The notes under the pieces are model-generated. The model saw nothing but the letters and a program-made list of their open reading frames with translations. It searched no databases and had not been told where the DNA came from. A DNA stretch of 64,000 nucleotides from Vitrella brassicaformis CCMP3155 (lineage: Eukaryota; Protista; Chromerida): contig CDMY01000499.1 of NCBI GenBank assembly GCA_001179505.1, positions 62,001 to 126,000 of the forward strand, written 5' to 3'. This document shows positions 1 to 11,139 of this stretch, in pieces. The translations under genes and the position numbers were made by a program. Each line of letters starts with the position of its first letter. Positions within the stretch are counted from its first letter, which is position 1.

Positions 1-779
1 TGTGTCCGTCCCGTCCTCACCGAGCCAGAGTGCGTATGCCTGGTGATGGTGCGCCTGGATGGGCCGTAACCCACATCTCACTGTGTCTACGAACCGCATC
101 AGCCTGTTGCTCTCGAGTCCCTGCTCCCGAAGCTCCTTCCATATGAGCCGCATAGCATAGTCGTTGGCAAACCGCGGTGAGCCACCGGACGCACAGTACA
201 TCTCGTACTCGGGCAAGCGACATATTTTGGGTTCCTTGTCCATGTAGTACACAAGGACGTCCTTGTAGCCATCAACCTCTTCGGGAAAGGGCCCTCTCCA
301 CTTGGGCGGGAAACCACGTGGCGGGCGTTGGTCGAGGTCAAACACACGGTGAAAGGAAAAAGGGTAGCGCCACATCGCCTCTCCGAGTCCCCTCTGGAAA
401 TAAATGCTGAGCACCTGTAACGCACACACACGAGCACAGCAGAGAGGACAGTGATGAATCATTCACTCAATGCCATCCCTCTGATACATCTGCACCATGG
501 CATCTGCAGCAAGTGCTGAAGATCTGCATGAAGAAACAGACAGGCGCACACGTACTGTACCTCAGAGCTGGATGTGATGTTTTGAGGACCCATGCACGTC
601 GTCCGTGATTTGATTGTTTGTGCGCGTCGTATTCGCCAAGCACCGTCCCGGATCGTGCTAGGGCTACAGGCTAAGGGTTTCAAACCCTGGAGCCTGAAAC
701 CCAGTACGCTGACCCTCGAAAACCCTAAACGACAAACCCCACGTTGGCGGTACTTTTCAACCTCATAGCGGGATGGCAT
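1..779 (-). CDS. Hypothetical multi-exon protein, 3' end runs off the window start
   Basis: A minus-strand frame is stop-free from about 415 to position 1 (AQHLFPEGTRRGDVALPFSFHRVFDLDQRPPRGFPPKWRGPFPEEVDGYKDVLVYYMDKEPKICRLPEYEMYCASGG...). The ORF track misses it because it has no stop in the window. It joins in frame through a GTGAAT..TTACAG intron (about 466-416) to the DLQHLLQMPWCRCIRGMALS exon. The start is uncertain. Confidence 0.5.
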
Positions 780-1149
780 TCTCCCGGTGTGCATCTGGGT
801 GATGCTGGCCTATTTTCCTCTGCCAGTGGTCGTGTGGTGCTCCGCCAGTGCCATCCTGCGGGGGGCACACAGTCTCCCGAGCGGCAGCCATGCTTTCATC
901 ATCGTCGGGCCGATGCAGGGTGGAATCATCCGGCGCCGGCAAGGTACATACGTGGATCCGCATCCCGATGCTTGTGTGCGTCAACGAGAAAGCGTGATCA
1001 CACGATGGACGAATGGATTGTGGTGACAAAATATGGCCATATCGCATGGTTTGACTCAGGTCATGCTGGTCAATGATGGTGTGCTTCTGACGCCGGACAA
1101 GGAAAAAACCAGTGTAGGTCAACACGCCGCAAAGGGAAACAGATGCATG

Positions 1150-1778
1150 CGTGTGCGTAGACGGTGTCCTGTGCGGCATTTGCAATACAGGCGATGAGGT
1201 CTCGTGTGCGTCGGCTGCGAAAACACAGCACACAGGTACGTTCTTTATACGGATGTGCAGCGATACAGCCACTGCAGTCAAGCTGACTAGAATCGCATCT
1301 CTTGGTGCTTGTGGTGTGCGCCAGGTCATGAGGGCTGCTGGGGGGGATAGCACGAGTGAGGTCCTCCCTGGAGGCGTCACAAATGCGACCACCACCACAA
1401 GTGCGACCGATCAGACCAAAGGCCCCACCGGTGGGGACACCACAACGTTCCCCAGTCATTGTGGGCGTGCGTGTGGTTCGCTGTCGTTGCAGATATTGCG
1501 ACACCGTTGAGCCAGCTCGTCGGAACCTTACCGAAGTGGAGGAGCAGCTCGTCGCGAGCTTTGCCGCACTGAGGGACGAGATCGCCGAAATGAGGGGCGA
1601 TCGCCAAAATGAGGGGCGAGATCGGAGACGTGATTTACATGCTCGAGGTCACGCAGAGGATCAAGAGTCAGCGTTCTCGCAAGTCCCGATCGAAGAGAAA
1701 GGGGTAACTGCGACCAGCACTCTCGATTCATTCTACGGGGCGTTTGGTTTGCTTCGTAGGGGGGCAGAGGTGGGATGA
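1150..1778 (+). pseudogene. Possible degenerate gene fragment (PHD-like CGIC motif plus coiled-coil exon)
   Basis: LCGICNTGDE near 1170-1200, and an exon after a TTGCAG acceptor near 1490 reading YCDTVEPARRNLTEVEEQLVASFAALRDEIAEMR. Joining them with the visible splice sites gives in-frame stops. Confidence 0.25.
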
Positions 1779-2312
1779 AGATGCTACATGGGTCGAGCTA
1801 GACGGGCTTATATGCGTTGACTCGGCTGACTGCGAGGGCGTGATTGACGGTCTCATGTATGTCGAACACGACAACGCAGATCCAAAACGACCACAGCCAT
1901 AGATCCAAAGGCTGCGGGGAGCGAGATCGGCGCAGTTGGCTAGGTTTTCAGAAGTCCATCTAATGATAGACCCACACAATAATTCATGGATTGAGACATA
2001 ACGTATCCATGTACACATGCACACAGGCAGGGGCACACAGTCAGATGTCACACAGTCAATACGTCTTAGCTTGCAGAAGTTCGACTGCTCCAATGACACG
2101 CTGCACCATTAATGGCTACAGACAGCATCACTCATGTCATGTGAGGGCTCACTTCTCCTCCCATACCCATCCATAGACACATCCATCCCATCGCATTTCG
2201 GTCATCCATCAGTCAAGCAGACCTACTACATATGTTGATCTACGTATATGTCTACGTAGAGAACCAAAAAGGGCCTCGTATACAGATACAGATAGGGAGT
2301 GAGCGACTAATC

Positions 2313-4385
2313 TCATTTACAGCACTTGCCAATCACATGCTTGTACTTGCTCACAAGAGCGTCCCGAATTGCTTCCAGCTTGCCGGACGGGGTGTGCCAG
2401 TAAAAGTCCTTTTGGCACCTTTTTTTGTTGCGCTGGTGCTCCATGTGAACGCGGTCCCTGGCCGAACCGTGTGAGCACCCTGTGTTCTTAAGAGGTGGCT
2501 CCTTGCGCTGTGTCTTGATCACCCGGAGTGCAGCCTTGATGGTCGCCAGCTGGTTCTTACCCCGTGTCGTGAGCTGGGCCAAGTCCTCCTCGGCGAGCTG
2601 GGGCAAGTCCTCCTGGGCCTCCTCGGTATCATCAATGTCAGTCGACTGCGCACCCTCGACGGACCCACCACCCTCCAGAAGCTGCCGTTTGCGCTTGAGA
2701 GCCGCGAGCAGTGCGTCCATGCTGGTGTGGTAGTTGACAGTGCCATAAGTGAACGGAATCTTACACGGCGGGTGTGTTGTGCTCTGGTGGGTCATCCACT
2801 GAAGCGACACGCGGACAGGGAAGAGTTTGTCTGAGAAGTGCGGAATCGCCCTGTGTACGGTTTGTTTACGTGGCGCTTGTGGGCTGCCCTGTGTGGCTCC
2901 AGGAGACGTTCTAAGAAGGCCACGTAGTCCATCGGGACCAACTCATAGAGCTCCGAATCGCCCTTGAAGAGGCCGTATTTCCAGTACTTTGGATCCGACT
3001 TGCCCTTGATCATGCGGTGCTTCCACCAATATGGGTAGACCTGCACATTGGACACCAGAGAACGAACAGGGAGAGTAGAGCCCAGCTCCCCCTGTGGACC
3101 CACAGATGTGACTCACCTCCCATATGACGAACATGAGCTGTCCAGGCGGAAAGCCCAGCGGCTTGGCCTCTTCCTTCCATTCAGCCGTCGTCTGGTCAGT
3201 GCCGTACCTCCGTGCCTCATCCTTGCCCGCCTCTCTGGCCTCCCGCCTGACCTCCCGCTTGCCCGTCCTCCTGATCCAGGCGTTCCCATCAAAGGGTTTG
3301 GTGCGGGATCCGAACGTGCGCTTGTGGGCAGCGGGGAGAGGGATGCTGGTGAGCGGGGAAGGGGGACCGGTCGCGGGTGCGGGTGAGGGAGATGTAGTTG
3401 CAGGGGTGGCCGGGGGGTGGGGTGTGTAGTTTTCAGGGTGCGTGAGATATGCCTCACACGCACCGACGACCAGCTCCCCCGCATCCTCGGGCGAAATGGT
3501 GTCATCTTCCGACGTGATCACATCGAGTGCGGCGACAAGTGCCTCATCAGGGATCAGTTGCGCACCGTCGTCAACAAAATCCTGATCAAGAGCACAGCGG
3601 AGCGAACAACGAGCGTTTGCGAGGGATGGTGAGGTACAGTTACGCGGCACTCACCTGGGGAGGGATGTCTTCGTCATCAAACTGGCAAAGTGACATAAAG
3701 GACAGACGCAGAGCCGGATTTTGCACGTGAGGATCGTTCGTTCTGAGCGAGGAGTACCTGTTCGTCCTCCCCGGCGTCCGCAGGCCCCGCCCCATCGAAA
3801 TCCATGTCCTGATTGGGAGGTGACGCAGCGGCCGCAGCAGCGGCAGATGACGCTGCATCCGGCTTGTGCCTAATGCTCTGCGAGTGAGAATGAGATCAGT
3901 GCGTATGGGAGATTCGTATAAACATCTCGTCACTGACCCTCTTGTCTGGCTGCTCGTGGTTCTCCCGGCCCCGCTTGGGCTCCTTCTCAGACTGCTCGGG
4001 CTCGTGAGCGCGGAAATGGCGATCGATGAGGTTTTGTACTAACGATGACGGGGGAGGTAGGTTGATGGTGGGCGTTGGAAGAGACGGCGCAGAAGCGGCG
4101 GCGGCGGCAGCGGAAGACCTGGGTGCGTTCTTGCCACTCTGCGAGAGAGAATCAGATCAGGGCCTTTTTGAGGGTGACCGCAGATCTCCTTACCACCGCC
4201 CAGCTGGCGTAGGCGTCGCCCAAGGGTCCATCCCAGTCTCCATCGGCCATGTCCTGGGCCTGCAGCTCCCTGGCCACCTCCTCGTCCCGCAGCTCCCGGG
4301 CGAGACGGGCATCCAGGACCTCCGCCTGGCGGGCGTCCTCTGACTCGTCGGTCAGGTCGATGACGGGATTCGCTGGGGTTGACAT
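2313..4385 (-). CDS. Hypothetical protein with N-terminal SIM-like motif (VIDLT), low-complexity middle and a basic/aromatic C-terminal region
   Basis: The ATG at 4385 starts MSTPANPVIDLTDESEDARQ. About 7 exons with GT-AG boundaries link the ORF-track segments 4152-4385, 2943-3650, 2792-3103 and 2313-2810 (...GQLMFVIWE|VYPYWWKHRMIKGKSDPKYWKYGLFKGD...RH|WMTHQS...CQKDFYWHTPSGKLEAIRDAL). The 3' end is uncertain. Confidence 0.6.
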
Positions 4386-4593
4386 CGCTAAGCACTCTCC
4401 GATGGGAGGTCTGCAATAAAAACATACAGGCAGGGACAGAGAATGAAAGGAAAACTGAGGGATCTGTTCCCGCCAGTTGCTGTTACGAGCGGCATGACGA
4501 GACGCCTACCTTGTAGTGGTTCGTATGGCCACAGTTCTCTGGGGTAGGGACGCAAGCTGTGAAACACGAAATGTTGGTTGGATATTATGACAA

Positions 4594-4790
4594 CCGTTGT
4601 CGACAGCGATTTTCTGACCATCATAGGGTGGCACGTGCGTGTCGAGTGGGTGGGTGGGTGGGTGGGTGGGTGGGATGGGGAGACAGGCCGTGTGCATGCT
4701 TCTGTGCATGTGCATGCTGCTAGTTTAGTGCGTGACCTGGACAGGATCCCCTCGGGGTTACAGACACGAGTCTCGTTAAACACAATAACC
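4594..4790 (+). repeat. 197-bp direct repeat, copy 1 (5' end of LINE)
   Basis: Identical to 6800-6996 except one base (G4704 vs A6910). Contains a (GTGG)7 tract. Confidence 0.97.
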
Positions 4791-5411
4791 GCCGTGGCGT
4801 CGTAGCGCAGCGTCGAGCCCACCCCCTCTCACTTTCCCTTCGCAATGGACGCTCCCTCACCCCCCGCACCATCCCCCATGGCTGTTTCCCACGATGACCC
4901 ACCAGCTCGTCGAGCAGCATTACAACAGCGCATCCTCGGCAAGCGGATAGCAGACCTCCCGGCTGACGGGCAGCACATGGCGGGAATGGAGACCGCCATC
5001 AAGCAGCTGGTGATGAACCTTGGAGTTTCGAGCACTTCTCCACAGTTCGATGCCCTCATCAAGGCCAGCATGGCGGGTGCAACGATCGGCTACGATATGG
5101 CCATTCGAGCGATCGCCGACATCGTCCCCGACGCCGTGGCCGACGTCCAGGAGACGACGGCTGACTCCATGCACGTCCTCGATGACGCCGTCAGCCATCT
5201 GGGGCACAAGCACGAGCAGCTGCTCGGCGGTGTCTGCCGAGCAGTTGCTAACATGACCACGGTCGCCATCCACCACGACAGCCGCCTGGACGCCATCGAG
5301 CGGAAGGCGGTTCAAGGGCGACTTCGCATCAAGAATGTGCTGCACCCCAACGACCCTCCCCTCCCCCCCGCCCACCTCAAGGCGCACATCTGCGGCATAC
5401 TGGCCAACGCC

Positions 5412-5711
5412 NNNNNNNNNNNNNNNNNNNNNNNNNNNNNNNNNNNNNNNNNNNNNNNNNNNNNNNNNNNNNNNNNNNNNNNNNNNNNNNNNNNNNNNNN
5501 NNNNNNNNNNNNNNNNNNNNNNNNNNNNNNNNNNNNNNNNNNNNNNNNNNNNNNNNNNNNNNNNNNNNNNNNNNNNNNNNNNNNNNNNNNNNNNNNNNNN
5601 NNNNNNNNNNNNNNNNNNNNNNNNNNNNNNNNNNNNNNNNNNNNNNNNNNNNNNNNNNNNNNNNNNNNNNNNNNNNNNNNNNNNNNNNNNNNNNNNNNNN
5701 NNNNNNNNNNN
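5412..5711. other. Assembly gap (300 N) inside the LINE
   Basis: N run between ORF1 and the ORF2 C-terminus, so the true size is probably several kb. Confidence 1.
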
Positions 5712-6799
5712 CATTCACTCTGTTTGCACGCACATTCGATTTCATGGGCCAGCGTGTCCGGATTAGTCAGATTGGCCCGCTGAGTGCTATCGATACCAAA
5801 CACATGATCACGGCGCATACAAAGGCAGACTTTGCTCGTATTTTGACCGAGCGATGGAATCGTGCTCGGTTGCCTGATATGTGTAACACTCCCTCACTTC
5901 CTCCGCCCCTCTCTCTCTCCGCCGAGGCGATATCCTTACTGCCTTGGCGCACATATGCGTGTGGTCAGACAGCTGTTACTCGTAGGGCCCTCTTTCAGGC
6001 ACGCAAGGAGCTGTTCGTGCCATCCTCTCTGTTCAATCATGCCTTTCTTATAGCATTTCCTCGCTTACATCGTTCATTTCCGTCTCCCTTACGTGACTGC
6101 CCGTGTGACATGGACTCGATTGTGTGTATGGCGCCATATGTGCCTGCTGCTGCGTATATGCATGTGGTGCAGCAAGGGTAAGACTGGCTCCATCGCCTCA
6201 TTCAGCCGTTGCCGTGCTTTCCTTCCTACCTGTCACTGCCGTTTTGTAAGCGCCGTGTTCTGTTTCTTTTTCGTGTGGGCTGCTACCCTTCTGCCATCAT
6301 GGATGGACGCATCCTCGGCCGGCCGCGAGAGGGCAGCGTCTGCCCGTTTTGCTCGCACAGAACTGACTTGCTCGTATCTGCCGTGAGCCTTACTGGGCAA
6401 TCAATCACCCGCCCTCCCATTGAGGATGAGTCTCATGTTTTTGCATCCTGTCCATTGTATCGCTCTCTGCGGGACACTCTGCACACAATTGTCGGCCGGC
6501 ATGGCGTGACTGCCCCTCATGCCTCTAGTTATCGTCTGTGGCGCAGGTCACATCCAATTGTGTTCACTTATTGTGTGCTGCAATCGGACAAACTGCCGGT
6601 GCTTTCTGCAGCGGCCGACTTTCTTCTGTCAGCACAGGCGACACGCACTGAGTGGCTTGCCCTCAACCCATTCTTGCCAGACAGTCAGGCAGGGGAAGAC
6701 GACGAGCTGCTGTACGGACAGCATGTCTTAGATCAGTGGGCGCTCGACGTCGAGCTCTCTGAGTAGCCTCTGGGTGTCTTGCCTATGTCTGGCTGTCAT

Positions 6800-6996
6800 C
6801 CGTTGTCGACAGCGATTTTCTGACCATCATAGGGTGGCACGTGCGTGTCGAGTGGGTGGGTGGGTGGGTGGGTGGGTGGGATGGGGAGACAGGCCGTGTG
6901 CATGCTTCTATGCATGTGCATGCTGCTAGTTTAGTGCGTGACCTGGACAGGATCCCCTCGGGGTTACAGACACGAGTCTCGTTAAACACAATAACC
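6800..6996 (+). repeat. 197-bp direct repeat, copy 2 (LINE 3' UTR)
   Basis: Starts 33 nt after the ORF2 stop at 6766 and is followed by two more AACC units. Matches 4594-4790. Confidence 0.97.
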
Positions 6997-7017
6997 AACC
7001 AACCGTGCGCATGAGCG

Positions 7018-9209
7018 ATGGGTGACAATGCTGACTGTTCGTCGTCATCGGCACAACACACGCCACCACACCCCGGAGAGGTGGAGAGCTGCTGGGGCGT
7101 AGCGCTGCTCCTCGAGAACCGAGAGCGGAACCAGAAGGGAGAGGTACGTGCGTGTGTCAGCAGTGAAGCAGTCAGTGAGGCAGTCAGTGAAGCAATCAGT
7201 GAAGCAATCAGTGAAGCAGTGAAGAAGGAAGCAAAGCGGCCCCGTGGAGTGGGTGTCTACTGTGTTGTGTGGTCTCTGTCTGTGTTCAGAGTTTGCCTCT
7301 TCCAACGTATCGGTGTCTTGGGCGGGCAGCGCGGCTGCCCGATGACATCACGCCAGAGGTGAGCGCCTGCAGCACACACACGTCCATCTGTGCAGGGGAG
7401 GAGCACATTGCTTGCTTGCCTGTCTGTCTGTCTACATCATCAGGCTGCGCACCTGCACCCCGTGCACCACAACACGCAGGCCATGATTTGCATCGGTACA
7501 CAAGGCTGGCTACACACACACAGGTGTGTGCACCTTCACAACAAACCTGCAGGTTCGTTCTTCCGCACCGCGTGCTTCCCCCCCAACTTTGCCGAGGCGG
7601 CCGTGGCTGGGCAGCGGCACGACAATGACGACGACATGGCCGAGCTGGAAGACGAGATGTGAGCAGGGAGGGAAGTGGCACGTGTCTGTGTCTGTGGTTG
7701 GATGGATGTGTGCAAATGATGTGTGTCAGCGATGGCGCGTTGCCCAGCAACAAGCCGATGGGGCTGATGAGATGCGACGGAATCGGCCTGCAAATCGGTA
7801 CGAGTATGCACGTGGGGACTCACACAACATACAGCAGCAAGAGTTAGTCTATCGTGTGCGTGGATGTTTGTGTCTGCCTCCTACAGCTCAGGAGCCCTTT
7901 CCCTCTGCCTATGACGGCATCAGAGGAGACGTCAAAGGTCCGTCCGTCGGCTACAATACACACAGACAGACAGACCGACACACACCACACACATGTAGTT
8001 GTGTTTTCTGTCTCTGTCTGTGTATGTGTGTCTGCAGGGACAGTAGCGAGCGCCCACCTGCCCACGGCACCACCAAATGTCGAGGGAGATGGTGCGCTCA
8101 CAACACACACACACATTTAGCGGTCGGTGTGTATGTGCTGTGCTGTGTTGTTTGTCGGCAGTTTTTATCTCTTCGCTTGAGGACCGGCTGGGCGCGAGCC
8201 TGCCAAAGAGAGAGAAAGAGTGGGGGGACGCAACACAACCACAATCAGACAGGTGAGTGGATGAGGGAGCGACGAGACCGACCTCCTGGTGGTTCGTTCC
8301 TGTGTTGGTTCGTTCAGCGACGCGTTGAGGAGTCCGTGGCATTCGCTGTACGACACCAACGGGGGGGACGGCGTGGGCGGGATGAATGGAAACAATGAGG
8401 TACGTCCGTCCATCCATCCATTCATTGATCCATTCACACGTGTGTGTGTGTGTGTATGTACACAGGACGAAGCTGCACCGCGCGGCACGTCGCCGTTCAA
8501 GGCCTGGTGAGCCACCAACAAGACAGAAAGAGACGCTTTCGCTTTCTCTGTTGATCAATCCGTTATCGCCCACAAACATGTGTGTGGTTGTTACTTTTTT
8601 TCTCTCAGGTACGACAGTGTCCGCGATGACATTCACAAGAGGGGAACCGCCCAGGTGAGCGCAGTGCACCTGCGTCCATGTGGTGGATGGATGGATGGAT
8701 GGCTGGACGACTGCAGGTCGCCCGAGACGCTGCGTCTTTGGTGGCGGATCGGCTGCGGCTGATTATGGAGAGCAGCAAAGACGCCGCCTTCAACATGGGA
8801 CGACCCAAGTAATGATATTCGCACATACTGCTGACCACACGCATTCAGACGCACCCGTGTGTGTGTGTGTGTGCAGGGAGGTGGTGGTCAAGACCTACGA
8901 CAAGACCCGCGTGATATGCGGCAAAATGATGCAGGTACACTGGGGGGAGACGCCCACACAGACACACACACACAGACAGGCAGACAGGCAGACAGGTGTG
9001 GTATATGTGTGTGTGTGGACATTCAGATCACCAAGCACGTCTACGGCTCAGCCGAACGATTATTCGCCCCTGGTACGTGTGAGAAACCACACAACACACA
9101 CACACACACATCCCTGCACACGTGTTGTGTGTGTGTGTGTGTGTGTGCAGCGTTCCCCGTCGGGCTTGACGAGCGGTTCAGACGGCGAGAGGGGCCAGAG
9201 GGCGAGTGA
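7018..9209 (+). CDS. Hypothetical multi-exon protein (about 14-15 exons)
   Basis: Phase-consistent exons MGDNADCSS...NQKGE|SLPLPTYRCLGRAARLPDDITPE|AAHLHPVHHNTQAMICI|GSFFRTACF...|...|YDSVRDDIHKRGTAQ|VARDAASL...|...|AFPVGLDERFRRREGPEGE*, separated by microsatellite-rich GT-AG introns. No family recognised. Confidence 0.65.
7161..7220 (+). repeat. Intronic 12-bp minisatellite, 5 copies (CAGTGAAGCART)
   Basis: Units at 7161, 7173, 7185, 7197 and 7209 read directly from the sequence. Confidence 0.9.
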
Positions 9210-9895
9210 TGATGAAGGTGGCTGGGATGGGGCAGAGTTGGGCGGGCGGGCAGGGAGGCAGCCAGGAAGGATATTTATGCATTATGCATTCTTCATGTGT
9301 GTGTGCACATGGAGGAGGGAGGGGGGAAGGGGCGGATAGGTGTAGAGAGTGCTGGTGAGAGAGCCTTCTTCGTTCCTTGTTGCCCTGCCGTTTTTCAGTA
9401 TTGTTGTGTGTGAGTGTTGTTATCTCATCGTGTCTGTCTCACGGGGCTCGCCCCGTGTTGATGATGTGTGTGCATGCATCGAGACGTCGACGGGGACACA
9501 CAATGTCAAGAGGCCGTGTGTGTGTGCGGACCATGACGGATGAATACGTGCAACAGCGGTTTTGTGTCAGTGCGTAACGCCATCGGTCCACACACACGTA
9601 CACACGCACCCACTTTCACCCACTGCTGTACACACACACAGCAACAAAGCCGAGGCTGCCTGGCACACGAGCACATGCAGAATTATCGTCTCTATCGACT
9701 CTACAACACACCTCTCTGCACCTCTAGCTTTACACCAAGAGAGTGTCCACCCCCCCACCCCCCACCCCCACACACACACACCGTCCCGCCACGCAAGAAT
9801 GCCTAGAATACGTGAGCACACCAACAGACATGCACACACACGCAGACACGCACGTAGAGCTTTTCGTTGGTCGGTGCGGTGTTGGATCCGTTCAA

Positions 9896-10907
9896 TCAAT
9901 CGCCGTTGTCGAAGTGTGGCCAGAAGTCCTTGTGTTCGATGAGCGTGACGTAGAGGTAGTACGCCAGCCAGAACATCAGCAGCCGGAACACCGACGAGTT
10001 CAGGACTATCTGACCACACAAACAAACGGCAAAGAGCCCAAACAGACACATGTGGCACACACACGCGCCCACGTATGCTCACCCTCATTGGTGCCGGCAG
10101 TTTGTAGTTCTTGACCAATCCCGTGAAGGCCATCAGCAGCTTCCGCTGCCACCTGCCACACACACACACACATACACACACATACACACACACACTTCCA
10201 AACCCAGACAGACGAACACACCGACAAGTGCGCCGGCCGCACCTTTCGTCTTGTTTGTCGCCGTCCCTCCGTTTGTCCATTTGTTTGGTGAGTGAGATGA
10301 TCTCCTGGTCGGCCTCGTACCCACGGCTGCGGCCATCCGTCCGCACCGAACGCTCCTCGCCTTCACGCAGGGGTGAATGGGTATACAAGGACAGCACTCA
10401 TCTGTGTGTGTGTGTGCTCACCCAGCAGGCGACCAAATCGCGTCTGTTCTGGCTGCTGTTCTTTGCCTTTGTCTTCTTTCCTGCCTCCAGGCTCCTGCTC
10501 CTGCTGCTGCTGCTCACCGTCCTGCTGTGCGCTGATTGAGTCAGTCAGAGCACCCACACACACACAGACACACACACAGACACACAGACAGACAGGGACT
10601 CTGTGTGGACAGGTACCTGTCCTTGTCTGTCTGCGTTTGCGCACCTGTTGGCCAGCAGCAACCGTCGTCTTCTTCTTCTTTTGAGGACACACGAAGAGGG
10701 ATGAGTCGGCACGGCTGCGCACACACGTCCACACACATCTATCCATCCACGCCATACACACGAGCACACCCCGAGGGTGTGCAATGCAGGCAGGCAGGCA
10801 GCCAGGCCGACCTCTGTGTCTGTGCACGGCAGCTGCAGGGAAAGGCAGACAAGGGACCACAAACACACTGTCAGCCGGACAGCGGCAGATCTGATGTTGA
10901 CCAACAT
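9896..10907 (-). CDS. Small hypothetical membrane protein with signal peptide plus basic segment (possibly plastid-targeted)
   Basis: The ATG at 10907 starts MLVNIRSAAVRLTVCLWSLVCLSLQL, followed by KRRRRRRLLLA. Later exons ...WQRKLLMAFTGLVKNYKLPAPMR|IVLNSSVFRLLMFWLAYYLYVTLIEHKDFWPHFDNGD* give one C-terminal hydrophobic helix. The first junction is ambiguous. Confidence 0.6.
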
Positions 10908-11139
10908 GATGATGGCCGGCGAGCGGCAATGAACAAAGCGATACCGACATCTCCCACACACCTCCGCGCACACCCTCAGCAGCAATAACCAGCCAGGTCA
11001 CAGCTCTGTTGCGAGCTCAGCCTGCACACGCCGGAGAGATCTGCGCGTTCCCGAAAGGCTCGTGAGATTGATGCGGGCGCCTTGCCTTGCAGTGCTGGTC
11101 GGGGTTGTTGCGTGTTTGTGTGCGGTTGAGGTGTGTGAG

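Larger units (their letters stand above)
4591..7006 (+). mobile_element. Non-LTR retrotransposon (LINE): ORF1, assembly gap, ORF2 C-terminus
   Basis: ORF1 at 4845-5411 has a coiled-coil region followed by RKAVQGRLRIKNV, resembling the LINE ORF1 RRM entry. The post-gap frame 5714-6766 has the LINE ORF2 C-terminal signature LFRVG..GR..R..CPFC...EDESHVFASCPLYRSLR, with an in-frame TAA at 6179-6181. The 3' end is AATAACCAACCAACC. CAACCGT at 4591-4597 and 7000-7006 is a possible TSD. The EN/RT core is not visible (gap 5412-5711). Confidence 0.85.

Noticed and set aside
6177-6205. GG|GTAAGA as an intron removing the LINE ORF2 stop
   Set aside because: The nearest AG gives a 28-nt intron that shifts the frame. 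A nonsense mutation is simpler.
4594-6996. Reading the 197-bp repeats as LTRs of an LTR retrotransposon or as DIRS/Ngaro split repeats
   Set aside because: No TG...CA termini, PBS or PPT, and the internal ORFs carry LINE-type ORF1 and ORF2 C-terminal signatures plus a simple-repeat tail.
7161-7220. 12-bp repeat as a coding SEAV repeat or CRISPR-like array
   Set aside because: There are no spacers, and inclusion as an exon after the phase-0 donor gives an immediate TGA. It is an intronic minisatellite.
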